Shown here: positions 1-8,602 of the stretch, one piece after another | How the letters are laid out: the number at the start of each line of letters is the position of its first letter | How positions within the stretch are numbered: position 1 is the stretch's first letter | DNA from: an uncultured Pelagibacteraceae bacterium | GTDB taxonomy: Bacteria; Pseudomonadota; Alphaproteobacteria; Pelagibacterales; Pelagibacteraceae | Length of the DNA stretch: 64,000 nucleotides | Direction: 5' to 3' | Assembly: GCA_902626725.1 (NCBI GenBank) | Contig: CACOGI010000004.1 | Span: 3,481-67,480 of the forward strand | Notes under the pieces: model-generated | What the model was told of the DNA's origin: nothing | What the model saw: only the letters and a program-made list of their open reading frames with translations | Database searches by the model: none | Program-made: the position numbers and the translations under genes

Positions 1-638
1 GATTTTTCTGCATAATCGCTAAATGCTACTGCTGCAGCTAATGCAGCATCACATCTTCCAGATGCTAAATCTAGATTAACCTCGTCTTGTGTTTTATAAG
101 TTCTTACATTTATTTTTCCAACATCACCAGAATCTAAGAAATTTTGGTGAATTGTAGCAGTTTGTACACAAACAGTTTTGCCTGCTAAAGCTGCAGTAAG
201 AGTTTTTAAAGCTTTTTTTGCAGCTGCGTTTGGTTTAGTTAAATTAATTCCTGCTGGAGTATCTAAACCCTCAAGACTTGAGCCTTTCATAACTGCTAAA
301 GATGCAACTTCATCAGCATAACCCTGAGAAAAATTAATAGCCTTTTGTCTTTCTGCTGTAATTGACATTCCTGCCATTATAGCATCAAACTTTCTCATGA
401 TTAACGCTGGTATCATTCCATCCCAATCCTGCTCCACAATGGTACACTGTTGTCCAATATATCTGCAAAGTGTATAAGCTAATTCAACCTCGAATCCGAT
501 TAATTTTCCAGACTCATCTTTTGAATTCCATGGAGGATAGGCTCCTTCGGTACCGATTCTAATTTTTTCAGCATTAACATTCCCTATGATTAATAAAGAT
601 AATAAAACTGAAAAAATAGTTTTTTTAAATATATTCAT
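1..638 (-). CDS. Polar amino-acid ABC transporter substrate-binding protein (Arg/Lys/Orn/octopine family), truncated at window edge
   Basis: Not in ORF track. Manual translation from ATG 638: MNIFKKTIFSVLLSLLIIGNVNAEKIRIGTEGAYPPWNSKDESGKLIGFEVELA...QDWDGMIPALIMRKFDAIMAGMSITAERQKAINFS. Signal peptide plus SBP family 3 motifs. Confidence 0.9.
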   Translation of the reverse strand, partial: MNIFKKTIFSVLLSLLIIGNVNAEKIRIGTEGAYPPWNSKDESGKLIGFEVELAYTLCRYIGQQCTIVEQDWDGMIPALIMRKFDAIMAGMSITAERQKAINFSQGYADEVASLAVMKGSSLEGLDTPAGINLTKPNAAAKKALKTLTAALAGKTVCVQTATIHQNFLDSGDVGKINVRTYKTQDEVNLDLASGRCDAALAAAVAFSDYAEK

Positions 639-698
639 TATTTTCTCCTTTAATAAAAAAATAGTATTTCATAAATTAGAGATTTAAAAAAGAGAAAA

Positions 699-1739
699 TT
701 AGTGATTTATTGATGATGAAAAATTCCAGGAACAATCAAAACTAGGTACGTAAACCCTTGATAATTTAGTGTTTCCAAAATGATGATGAAAAACGTTTAA
801 CCAATTTTCAACTTGATGGGGTTTTTTATCTTGGCTGCCTACTTGTGCTGTTATAACACCTTTTGGTTTTAAAATTCTTACTAAAGAATCCATATTTTTT
901 GCTGCTAAGTCTATGCAAAATTGATCATCATTTAGGTCAACAAATATATGATCATAACTATCCTCTTTTACTGATTTAATGCTTTCAAAAGCATCACCCC
1001 AAACACATTTAACAGAGTTTTTTTCTGTAGCTTTTTGTCCAATATCACCTAAATGTTTATTGCATACTTCAACTACCTCAGGATCAAGTTCATACCAATC
1101 TATAAAATTAAATTTTTTTGATATACATTCTCTGGCAACTCCCCCATCACCACCACCAATAATTGCTGCTCTTTCTATATTTTTATTCAACTTTAAACCA
1201 GATCCAACGAAAGTTGAGCTGTATAGATGCTCATCTGAAGCAGCAACTTGAATTTCACCATCAATAAATAAAGATTTTCCAAATTGTTCAAGATCTAAAA
1301 TTTCGATATGCTGACCAACTTTAGACTTAAAATCTTCCAAAACATCATTTACAACATAAGCTTTTTGAAGACCAGGTGAACTGTAAATATCATGATAAAG
1401 TGATTTTGTATCTCTGTTAAATTCTTTTTTGACTATTCTTTTGTGCTTAAATTCTTTTTTAACAATATCAATTGCGATAGATGGACTAATTTTTCCGCAA
1501 GTAAAAAAATCAAAACTAATAATTCCTTTTTCTGGAAATGTATGAAAGCTAATATGACTTTCAGCTAGCAAAGCTAATATAGTGAATCCTTGTGGCTCAA
1601 ATTTATATTTTGAAATATTTAAAATTGTTACTTTCGCAGCTTCAGCAATTTCTTTTATTACTCTTTCATATACTGATGGATCGTAATCTTTATCAGTTCC
1701 AATTATATCTAAAGTAATGTGCTCCCCAACTTTAATCAT
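699..1739 (-). CDS. speD-speE: S-adenosylmethionine decarboxylase / aminopropyltransferase (spermidine synthase) fusion
   Basis: N-terminal FEPQGFT..LLAESHISFHTFPE..DFFTCG (pyruvoyl AdoMetDC, E-S cleavage site). C-terminal IDGEIQ, IIGGGDGG, ELDPEVV, DLND (SpeE fold). Confidence 0.9.
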   Translation of the reverse strand: MIKVGEHITLDIIGTDKDYDPSVYERVIKEIAEAAKVTILNISKYKFEPQGFTILALLAESHISFHTFPEKGIISFDFFTCGKISPSIAIDIVKKEFKHKRIVKKEFNRDTKSLYHDIYSSPGLQKAYVVNDVLEDFKSKVGQHIEILDLEQFGKSLFIDGEIQVAASDEHLYSSTFVGSGLKLNKNIERAAIIGGGDGGVARECISKKFNFIDWYELDPEVVEVCNKHLGDIGQKATEKNSVKCVWGDAFESIKSVKEDSYDHIFVDLNDDQFCIDLAAKNMDSLVRILKPKGVITAQVGSQDKKPHQVENWLNVFHHHFGNTKLSRVYVPSFDCSWNFSSSINH

Positions 1740-1740
1740 A

Positions 1741-2397
1741 TTACCCTTTTTTATAATCTTTCGCTTTTTCTAAAACTTTTTTCATTTCTTCAAATGAAAG
1801 AATCTTAGGTTGACCTAACTTTAGAGCAATAGTGTATTGATGACAAATATTTTCTACCTCTTGTGCAAGTTCGAAAGCTTGTTCTAAATTTTTACCAAAG
1901 GCAACCTGGCCGTGATTTGACATTAGGCAAGCACATCTATCTTGTAGAGCTTTGAGTACATTTTTAGACAATTCTTCTGTTCCAAAAGTAGCGTATTCAG
2001 CACATTTAATGTCCTCTCCGCCAGCCAATGCAATCATATAATGAAAAGAGGGAATTGCTTTTCCATGTGAAGATACAGCTGTTGCGTGTGGAGAATGTGC
2101 ATGAACAATCGCTAGAGCATTCTTTTTATCAACATAAATATCTCTGTGAAATCTCCATTCAGATGAAGGATTGTTGTTTGAGTCGTTTTTTTCTATCTCT
2201 TCGTTTAAACCCATAAAAACAATATCTTCCGGTTTCAAGGTTTCATACTTTTTTCCTGAGGGAGTAATTAAATATCCATCTTTATCATCTTCTTTAGCTC
2301 TTACAGATATATTCCCTGATCTTAAAGGGGAAAGATTTGTTGAATTTAATTTTAAAGAATATTCGATAATTTGATTTCTTAGATCTAAATTTTTCAT
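1741..2397 (-). CDS. Class II aldolase (FucA-like), probable methylthio-/5-deoxy-ribulose-1-phosphate aldolase
   Basis: SGNISVR, ITPSG, PSSEWRFH, HAHSPH, NHG motifs. In operon with mtnA and mtnP. Confidence 0.8.
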   Translation of the reverse strand: MKNLDLRNQIIEYSLKLNSTNLSPLRSGNISVRAKEDDKDGYLITPSGKKYETLKPEDIVFMGLNEEIEKNDSNNNPSSEWRFHRDIYVDKKNALAIVHAHSPHATAVSSHGKAIPSFHYMIALAGGEDIKCAEYATFGTEELSKNVLKALQDRCACLMSNHGQVAFGKNLEQAFELAQEVENICHQYTIALKLGQPKILSFEEMKKVLEKAKDYKKG

Positions 2398-3464
2398 TTA
2401 AATAACTTATTTAATCCTTCTGATGATGCTTCACATATACCTTTTTCAGTAATTAAACCTGTAACATATTTTGCTGGCGTTACATCAAATGCCAAATTAA
2501 TTGCCTTACTTTTTTTTGGATAAATTTGAATTTTCTTAATATTTCCCTTATCATCAAAGCCTTCCATATGTGATAATTCCTCTGAATTTCTTTCTTCTAT
2601 AGGGATATCTTTATGATCTTTTAAATTCCAATCAATTGTTGAACTAGGTAACGCTACATAAAAAGGAATATTATTATCGTGAGCAGCCAAAGCTTTTAAA
2701 TAAGTTCCAACTTTATTACAAACATCACCATTGGCTAAAGTTCTATCTGTTCCAACTATACACATATCAACTTTACCTCTTTGCATTAAAATACCACCTG
2801 TGTTATCTGCGATGATTGTGTTGTTCACACCTTCTTCATTTAATTCATAAGATGTTAGATTGGCTCCTTGGTTTCTTGGTCTAGTTTCATCTGCCCAAAC
2901 ATGTACTGGAATTCCTTTTTTATGTGCACAATATATTGGAGAAGTTGCGGTCCCCCAATTTATTGTTGCAAGCCATCCAGCATTACAATGTGTTAAAATA
3001 TTTACAGTGTCCTTTTTTTTATTATAAATTTCTTCAATTATTTTAAGACCATTTAATCCAATATTTTTACAAAACTTTATGTCCTCTTCACAAATTTCTT
3101 TTGCTTCACTCTTTGCCATTTCTAAAATTTTATCACTATTAACACCTGATAATTTATTTATCATTCTATCAACAGACCATTTAAGATTTATAGCTGTTGG
3201 TCTGGAATTGATTAAATTTTCTGCTGATTTTTTTAAAAAAGATTGGTCATTATTTTCAATGATAGCCAAAACCAATCCATAAGCAGCTGTAGCTCCTATT
3301 AAAGGGGCCCCTCTTACCTCCATCACTTTAATTGCATTTATTGCATCATCAACTGTTTTAAGATCTTTAATAATGAATTGGTGTGGAAGTTTTGTTTGAT
3401 CAATAATTTTTACAACATCGTTTTCAAACCAAATAGTTCGATATTCTTTACCTTCAATTTTCAT
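2394..3464 (-). CDS. mtnA: S-methyl-5-thioribose-1-phosphate isomerase
   Basis: VRGAPLIG, RPTAINL, THCNAGWLAT, DETRPRNQGA, NKVGTY, FDVTP motifs. Confidence 0.95.
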   Translation of the reverse strand: MKIEGKEYRTIWFENDVVKIIDQTKLPHQFIIKDLKTVDDAINAIKVMEVRGAPLIGATAAYGLVLAIIENNDQSFLKKSAENLINSRPTAINLKWSVDRMINKLSGVNSDKILEMAKSEAKEICEEDIKFCKNIGLNGLKIIEEIYNKKKDTVNILTHCNAGWLATINWGTATSPIYCAHKKGIPVHVWADETRPRNQGANLTSYELNEEGVNNTIIADNTGGILMQRGKVDMCIVGTDRTLANGDVCNKVGTYLKALAAHDNNIPFYVALPSSTIDWNLKDHKDIPIEERNSEELSHMEGFDDKGNIKKIQIYPKKSKAINLAFDVTPAKYVTGLITEKGICEASSEGLNKLFK

Positions 3465-4333
3465 TTATTTAAAACTCTACCTGCAACTGTTTTGAGTTTA
3501 TCTTTTGTTTTTTGGGTTATTTTTTCTGGAGCTGTAATGATAGCTACATCTAAACAACTATTTGTTGGATCTTTTGGATCTATATGATTTTCAAAATTTT
3601 CAATTAAATTTTTAATCATATTTTTTGCCTTTGCAGCATTCCCTAGTAAAACTTTTATAACTTGTTGAACATCAACATTTTCGTGATCCGGATGCCAACA
3701 ATCATAATCTGTTACCATTGAGACAGATGCATATCTAATTTCAGCCTCTCTAGCTAATTTTGCCTCTGGCATATTAGTCATACCAATTACGTCAGCTTTC
3801 CAAGTTCTATAAAGTTTTGACTCTGCTAAGGTTGAAAATTGTGGGCCTTCCATTACTACGTAAGTTCCACCTCTTTGAAAATCTATTTTTTCTTTTTTAA
3901 TTGCTTCTTCACATGCGTTCATCAAACCAATAGAGGTTGGATGTGCCATAGAAACATGAGCAACAATTTCTTCATCAAAAAAAGTTTTAGCTCTTGCAAA
4001 AGTTCTATCTATAAATTGGTCTATAATAACAAATTTTCCAGGAGGTAAATCTTCTTTAAGAGAACCAACCGCAGAAACTGAAACAATATCGGTGACACCT
4101 AATTGTTTTAATGCGTCAATATTTGCTCTAAAATTTATTTTTGACGGTGAAACAAAATGACCTCTACCGTGTCTAGGTAAAAAATAAACATCCTTACTAT
4201 TATAATTTGTTTTTAAAATATGATCTGATGGTTTTCCCCATGGTGTATTTAAATCCAATAACTCCCTATTTTTGAATTCCTCCACATCGTAAAGTCCACT
4301 TCCACCTATTATTGCTAATTTATTTATTGTCAT
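3461..4333 (-). CDS. mtnP: S-methyl-5'-thioadenosine phosphorylase
   Basis: IIGGSG, PRHG, EGPQFST, GMTNMPEAKLAREAE, VTDYDCW motifs. Confidence 0.95.
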   Translation of the reverse strand: MTINKLAIIGGSGLYDVEEFKNRELLDLNTPWGKPSDHILKTNYNSKDVYFLPRHGRGHFVSPSKINFRANIDALKQLGVTDIVSVSAVGSLKEDLPPGKFVIIDQFIDRTFARAKTFFDEEIVAHVSMAHPTSIGLMNACEEAIKKEKIDFQRGGTYVVMEGPQFSTLAESKLYRTWKADVIGMTNMPEAKLAREAEIRYASVSMVTDYDCWHPDHENVDVQQVIKVLLGNAAKAKNMIKNLIENFENHIDPKDPTNSCLDVAIITAPEKITQKTKDKLKTVAGRVLNK

Positions 4334-4374
4334 GTCTAAAAAATAACTTATTTATACTTTTATATTTAACATAT

Positions 4375-4902
4375 ATGAATTTAAAAGACTTTATTAGATC
4401 AATTCCAGATTATCCAAAAAAAGGTATATTATTTAGGGATATAACTACATTGATTAAAGATGAAAAAGCATTTTCTGAAACAATCAATCAAATCATTGAG
4501 AGATCAAAAAAATTAGAATTCAATAAAATAGCTGCGATAGAATCAAGGGGTTTTGTTTTTGCGTCTGCTGTTTCATATATTTTGAAAAAACCATTTATAA
4601 TGCTTAGAAAAAAAAATAAATTACCTTCTGAGGTACATTCAGTAGATTTTGAACTTGAATATGGTACTGCAACTATTGAAGTACATAAAGATTCTATAAA
4701 CAAAAATGATAGTGTTCTTGTGATTGATGATTTGATTGCAACTGGGGGAACCGCTGAGGCAGCAGCAAAACTGGTAGAAATTTCTGGTGGAAAGGTGTCC
4801 GGCTTTGTTTTTGTAATAAATCTATTTGATTTAAATGGATCAGATAATTTAGAAAAAAAGGGGTATATAGTAGAAAATTTAATTGAATTTCCAGGTCATT
4901 AA
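4375..4902 (+). CDS. apt: Adenine phosphoribosyltransferase
   Basis: DYPKKGILFRDIT, ESRGF, LEYG, VIDDLIATGGT. Start moved to ATG 4375 (MNLKDFIRS) because the track start overlaps mtnP. Confidence 0.95.
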   Translation: MNLKDFIRSIPDYPKKGILFRDITTLIKDEKAFSETINQIIERSKKLEFNKIAAIESRGFVFASAVSYILKKPFIMLRKKNKLPSEVHSVDFELEYGTATIEVHKDSINKNDSVLVIDDLIATGGTAEAAAKLVEISGGKVSGFVFVINLFDLNGSDNLEKKGYIVENLIEFPGH

Positions 4903-4909
4903 TAAATAT

Positions 4910-5923
4910 ATGAAAAATATAATAGTAACAGGTGGATTAGGGTTTATAGGTAGCAACTTAATTGAGATATTGATTAAAAAGAAGTATTTTGTCATAAACT
5001 TAGATAAAATTACTTATTCGTCAAATTTTTATAACACAAGAGAATACAAAAATTCAAAAAATTACAAATTTTTAAGATGCGATATTAAAGATAAAAAGCT
5101 AAAAAAAATCATATTTAAATATAAACCAATTGGGATTTTTAATCTTGCAGCTGAAACACATGTAGACAGATCAATAGATAGTCCCAAAAATTTTATACAG
5201 AGTAATATAGTTGGTGTTTATAATTTACTTGAAAGTTTTAAAGAATATTCAAAAAAATATAAATCAAAATTAATTCATATATCAACAGATGAGGTTTATG
5301 GAGATGTTCTGAGAGGAAGATCATCTGAAAATTATCCATATCAACCAAGCTCGCCTTATGCTGCTAGTAAAGCTGCATCAGACCATCTTGTTAGCGCATA
5401 TATTCGAACATATAAAATTCCAGCAATAGTTACAAATTGTTCAAACAATTATGGACCAAAACAACATCCAGAAAAATTAATTCCAAAACTTATTTATAAT
5501 ATTTTAAACAACAAACCTTTACCAATTTATGGTAGAGGTAAAAATTCAAGAGAATGGATTTATGTTAAAGATCATTGTGAGGCTTTACTTAAAGTTTTTA
5601 CAAGAGGTAAAATTGGTGAATTTTATAATATTGGGTCGAATAAAAATTTAAATAATCTTAAAGTATCCAGAGAATTAATTAATGTTGCTAAATCAATTAT
5701 GAAAATAGGAAAAAAAGTTAAAATCCAATTTATAAAAGATCGTCCTGGTCATGACTTAAGATATGCGTTAAATAGCAATAAAATAAAGAATAAGTTAGGA
5801 TGGTCTGCAAAGACAAATTTTAGACACGGGGTAAAATTAACATTTGATTGGTATAATGAAAACAAAAATTATTTTAAATCATTACCAAGAAAAGATATTT
5901 TGAAAAGGTTGGGTAAAGGATGA
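4910..5923 (+). CDS. rfbB: dTDP-glucose 4,6-dehydratase
   Basis: TGGLGFIG, AAETHVDRSI, STDEVYG, YAASK, NNYGP, DRPGHD. Start at ATG 4910. Confidence 0.95.
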   Translation: MKNIIVTGGLGFIGSNLIEILIKKKYFVINLDKITYSSNFYNTREYKNSKNYKFLRCDIKDKKLKKIIFKYKPIGIFNLAAETHVDRSIDSPKNFIQSNIVGVYNLLESFKEYSKKYKSKLIHISTDEVYGDVLRGRSSENYPYQPSSPYAASKAASDHLVSAYIRTYKIPAIVTNCSNNYGPKQHPEKLIPKLIYNILNNKPLPIYGRGKNSREWIYVKDHCEALLKVFTRGKIGEFYNIGSNKNLNNLKVSRELINVAKSIMKIGKKVKIQFIKDRPGHDLRYALNSNKIKNKLGWSAKTNFRHGVKLTFDWYNENKNYFKSLPRKDILKRLGKG

Positions 5924-6789
5924 TAAAAAAAGGAATAATTTTATCAGGTGGTAAAGGGACAAGAATGAGTCCTTTAACAAAAGCTGTCAACAAACAACTT
6001 CTTCCGATATACGATAAACCTTTAATTTTTTACCCTTTGTCTATTTTAATGTTAGCAAATATAAGAGATATATTGATAATTGTTAATAAAGGTCAGTTAA
6101 ATCAATATAAAAAAATCCTACCTAATGGAAAAAATTTAGGAATTAAAATTACATACGTTGAACAAAAAAAGCCTAAAGGTTTACCTGATGCATTTGTGAT
6201 AGGTGAAAAATTTATAGGAAAAGATAATGTCGCAATGATTTTAGGTGATAACTTTTTTTACGGTCAAAATTTAACTAGTAATCTTTTAAAAAATACTCAA
6301 TTAAAAAAAGGAGCAAGAGTTGTTTTACATAGGGTTTCTAAACCAGAGCTTTTTGGAGTTGCAAAGATCAACAAAAAAAATAAAATTATATCCATCAAAG
6401 AAAAACCAAAAAAATTTTTATCAGACTTGGCAATTACTGGTTTATATTTTTTTGATAATAATGTTGTAAAGTTTTCAAAAAGATTAAAGCCCTCTAAAAG
6501 AAAAGAAGTTGAAATAGTTGATCTTCTGAATATGTATAAATCTAAAAACCAACTAAGTGCAGATATAATTGGTAGAGGTGGTGCATGGCTAGACACTGGT
6601 TCAATTGATGATTTTTATAAAACTTCAAATTTTGTCTCAGCTGTTGAAAATAGACAAGGTTTCAAAATTGCTTGTTTAGAGGAAATTTCATTAAATAAAA
6701 AATGGATATCAAAAAAACAAGTGCTTAATTCTATAAATTTCTATGGAAATTGCGAATACTCAAATTACCTTAAAAGAATAATTAAGTAA
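5920..6789 (+). CDS. rfbA: Glucose-1-phosphate thymidylyltransferase
   Basis: GGKGTR, KQLLPIYDKP, LGDNFFYG, EKP, WLDTG motifs. Confidence 0.93.
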   Translation: MIKKGIILSGGKGTRMSPLTKAVNKQLLPIYDKPLIFYPLSILMLANIRDILIIVNKGQLNQYKKILPNGKNLGIKITYVEQKKPKGLPDAFVIGEKFIGKDNVAMILGDNFFYGQNLTSNLLKNTQLKKGARVVLHRVSKPELFGVAKINKKNKIISIKEKPKKFLSDLAITGLYFFDNNVVKFSKRLKPSKRKEVEIVDLLNMYKSKNQLSADIIGRGGAWLDTGSIDDFYKTSNFVSAVENRQGFKIACLEEISLNKKWISKKQVLNSINFYGNCEYSNYLKRIIK

Positions 6790-6795
6790 TTGTTT

Positions 6796-6872
6796 TGGTA
6801 GCGGGAAGTGGGATCGAACCACTGACCTCGGGCTTATGAGTCCCGCGCTCTAACCAACTGAGCTACCCCGCC
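6796..6872 (-). tRNA. tRNA-Met(CAT), probably elongator
   Basis: Reverse complement GGCGGGGTAGCTCAGTTGGTTAGAGCGCGGGACTCATAAGCCCGAGGTCAGTGGTTCGATCCCACTTCCCGCTACCA: cloverleaf, CAT anticodon, GTTCGA T-loop, encoded CCA. No C1 mismatch as in initiator tRNA. Ile2 not fully excluded. Confidence 0.92.
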
Positions 6873-6974
6873 TTTTTTTTTTGATTTATAATAGTTTAAT
6901 ATTTCTATTCAATATTAATTAATCATACAGATTGATCAAATTCCAAGGAATTTAAAAAAAAATTTGAAATAATA

Positions 6975-7181
6975 TTAGATTAGTGAAATTAAACCGGTAA
7001 TTGCAAGGGTGCCAAGTGCACCTGCTGTAATTAGAAAATTTTTTTTAATCTTATCTTTTTGTTCTATTTTAACTCTGTTAAGTAAAATATTAATATCAAC
7101 TTTTTTTTCTACAATTACTTCCTCATCATCTATGAGCTCGTTATTTTTAAATTTTGTTTTTGCAGAATTTCTTATTTGCAT
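6975..7181 (-). CDS. Small hypothetical tail-anchored membrane protein (VDINxL motif), paralog A
   Basis: MQIRN...KKVDINILLNRVKIEQKDKIKKN plus C-terminal hydrophobic helix. ATG 7181 preferred over GTG 7199 because paralog B also starts MQI. Confidence 0.7.
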   Translation of the reverse strand: MQIRNSAKTKFKNNELIDDEEVIVEKKVDINILLNRVKIEQKDKIKKNFLITAGALGTLAITGLISLI

Positions 7182-7228
7182 AATTTTATTTAACCACACT
7201 TTCCATCATAACACAACCAATAAGAGAA

Positions 7229-7462
7229 TTATTGATATGTGAGACTGATCCCTGCAATTATAATTAAAGCCAAACAACTGATAAGAATAATTATATTTTT
7301 TTTTAATACAATATTCTCTCTTTCTCTTAATTTTGATTTTAAAACGTTTATATCAACTCTTTGGGTACTTTGATTTTTACTTTGTAAAGGCTTTTCAATA
7401 TTACCGCTATCATTTGGGGTCTCGATAGAACTAGTTTTATTTTCAAAGCCTTTAATTTGCAT
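7229..7462 (-). CDS. Small hypothetical tail-anchored membrane protein (VDINxL motif), paralog B
   Basis: MQIKG...QRVDINVLKSKLRERENIVLKKN plus C-terminal hydrophobic helix. Similar to 6975-7181. Confidence 0.7.
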   Translation of the reverse strand: MQIKGFENKTSSIETPNDSGNIEKPLQSKNQSTQRVDINVLKSKLRERENIVLKKNIIILISCLALIIIAGISLTYQ

Positions 7463-7506
7463 TTAGGTATTTAAGATTAAACTTTGAGTAAAAACAAATA
7501 CATAGA

Positions 7507-7556
7507 GGTTCAAATTGGGTCACATTTTAGTTGACACATGTCCATTTTGGGTTTCA
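7507..7556 (+). promoter_or_regulatory. Putative promoter (-35 TTGACA at 7531-7536) flanked by two imperfect 18-bp direct repeats (candidate operator)
   Basis: GGTTCAAATTGGGTCACA (7507-7524) and TGTCCATTTTGGGTTTCA (7539-7556), 12/18 identical, 32-bp period. No clear -10 box. Confidence 0.45.
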
Positions 7557-7574
7557 TATCTCATTTTTAAAATT

Positions 7575-8552
7575 ATGAGCTTACAAGAAATAGACTTTTC
7601 TAAAACACTCTCAGATGATCAGGTTTATGAGGCAATAATGTCTAATTATTCTGGTTTAAGTAAAGAATGGATTTTTCACCAATGGAATTGGATGAATAAT
7701 GTCTATTCTCCATTTAATGATCATTATAAGTATTTGATTATTATCTCATTAGTTGAAAAAACTCTTCAATTTTTCGACCAGATGCAAATTCAATACTCTT
7801 ATGATGAATATTATTCAAAATCATATCTTCAAATTGAAAAGTTCAGTATTGCTGAACTTTGTGAAAAATTAGATTTACCCAAAGAAACTGTTAGAAGAAA
7901 AGTTCTAGAACTTGAAAAAGAAGGAGTGATAACTCGAAGTAAAAAAAAGATTATAATTGATAGAAAAGCATTTTCTTTTGTAAAACCAGAGAACCAAATT
8001 AAATTTACGTCAAAATATATTTATTTAGTATCTCAAATTTTGAATAAAGAACAAGTTTACACAAAAAAACTTGATCAAAAAGCCATTGAAAATATTATAA
8101 AAAAAAAATTTACGTTATGCTGGCGATGGTTTTATAGAATGCAAATACCATTAATCATTGGATACCATAAATTTATGCAAGATTTAACTACATTTCATAT
8201 TTGGGGAACAGTTTGTATGAATCAAGTTTTAAATGTTTCAAAAGAACTCAATACTAATGATAATGAAAACTCATTAGATTATTTTTCAACGAACAACGTT
8301 CTTATTAAAAATCTTGCTTCTGACACTGGTATAAGTGCAATGTCAATTTCTGATATGACTCAAATTCCGAGAGCAACAATAATTAGAAAATGTAAATTCT
8401 TGCTTCAGCAAGATTTGATTAAGATAAATTCAAAAAAACAATATGTATTATCTTCTATGAATTTTAGAAAGATCCTGCCCTATCAAACAGAGGCATTTAA
8501 ATTTAAGGCTAAGTTTATTCGTAAAGTTTTAAATTTGCTTTTAATCTCTTGA
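7575..8552 (+). CDS. Putative DNA-binding protein with two tandem winged helix-turn-helix domains
   Basis: SIAELCEKLDLPKETVRRKVLELEKEGVI and SAMSISDMTQIPRATIIRKCKFLLQQDLI. Start at ATG 7575. Confidence 0.75.
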   Translation: MSLQEIDFSKTLSDDQVYEAIMSNYSGLSKEWIFHQWNWMNNVYSPFNDHYKYLIIISLVEKTLQFFDQMQIQYSYDEYYSKSYLQIEKFSIAELCEKLDLPKETVRRKVLELEKEGVITRSKKKIIIDRKAFSFVKPENQIKFTSKYIYLVSQILNKEQVYTKKLDQKAIENIIKKKFTLCWRWFYRMQIPLIIGYHKFMQDLTTFHIWGTVCMNQVLNVSKELNTNDNENSLDYFSTNNVLIKNLASDTGISAMSISDMTQIPRATIIRKCKFLLQQDLIKINSKKQYVLSSMNFRKILPYQTEAFKFKAKFIRKVLNLLLIS

Positions 8553-8602
8553 AATATTAAATAGTAATAGTATAACGTTGCAAAAAAATACTTAAAGGGG
8601 TC

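Noticed and set aside
1741-2397. Annotation as fucA (fucose catabolism)
   Set aside because: No fucose genes nearby; it is coupled to mtnA and mtnP.
7009-7242. 77-aa plus-strand ORF
   Set aside because: Antisense to the two VDIN micro-proteins, whose mutual similarity supports the minus strand.
6796-8552. tRNA-anchored prophage or integrative element
   Set aside because: No integrase, no duplicated tRNA 3' end seen, and the variable-looking genes lie on the tRNA 5' side.
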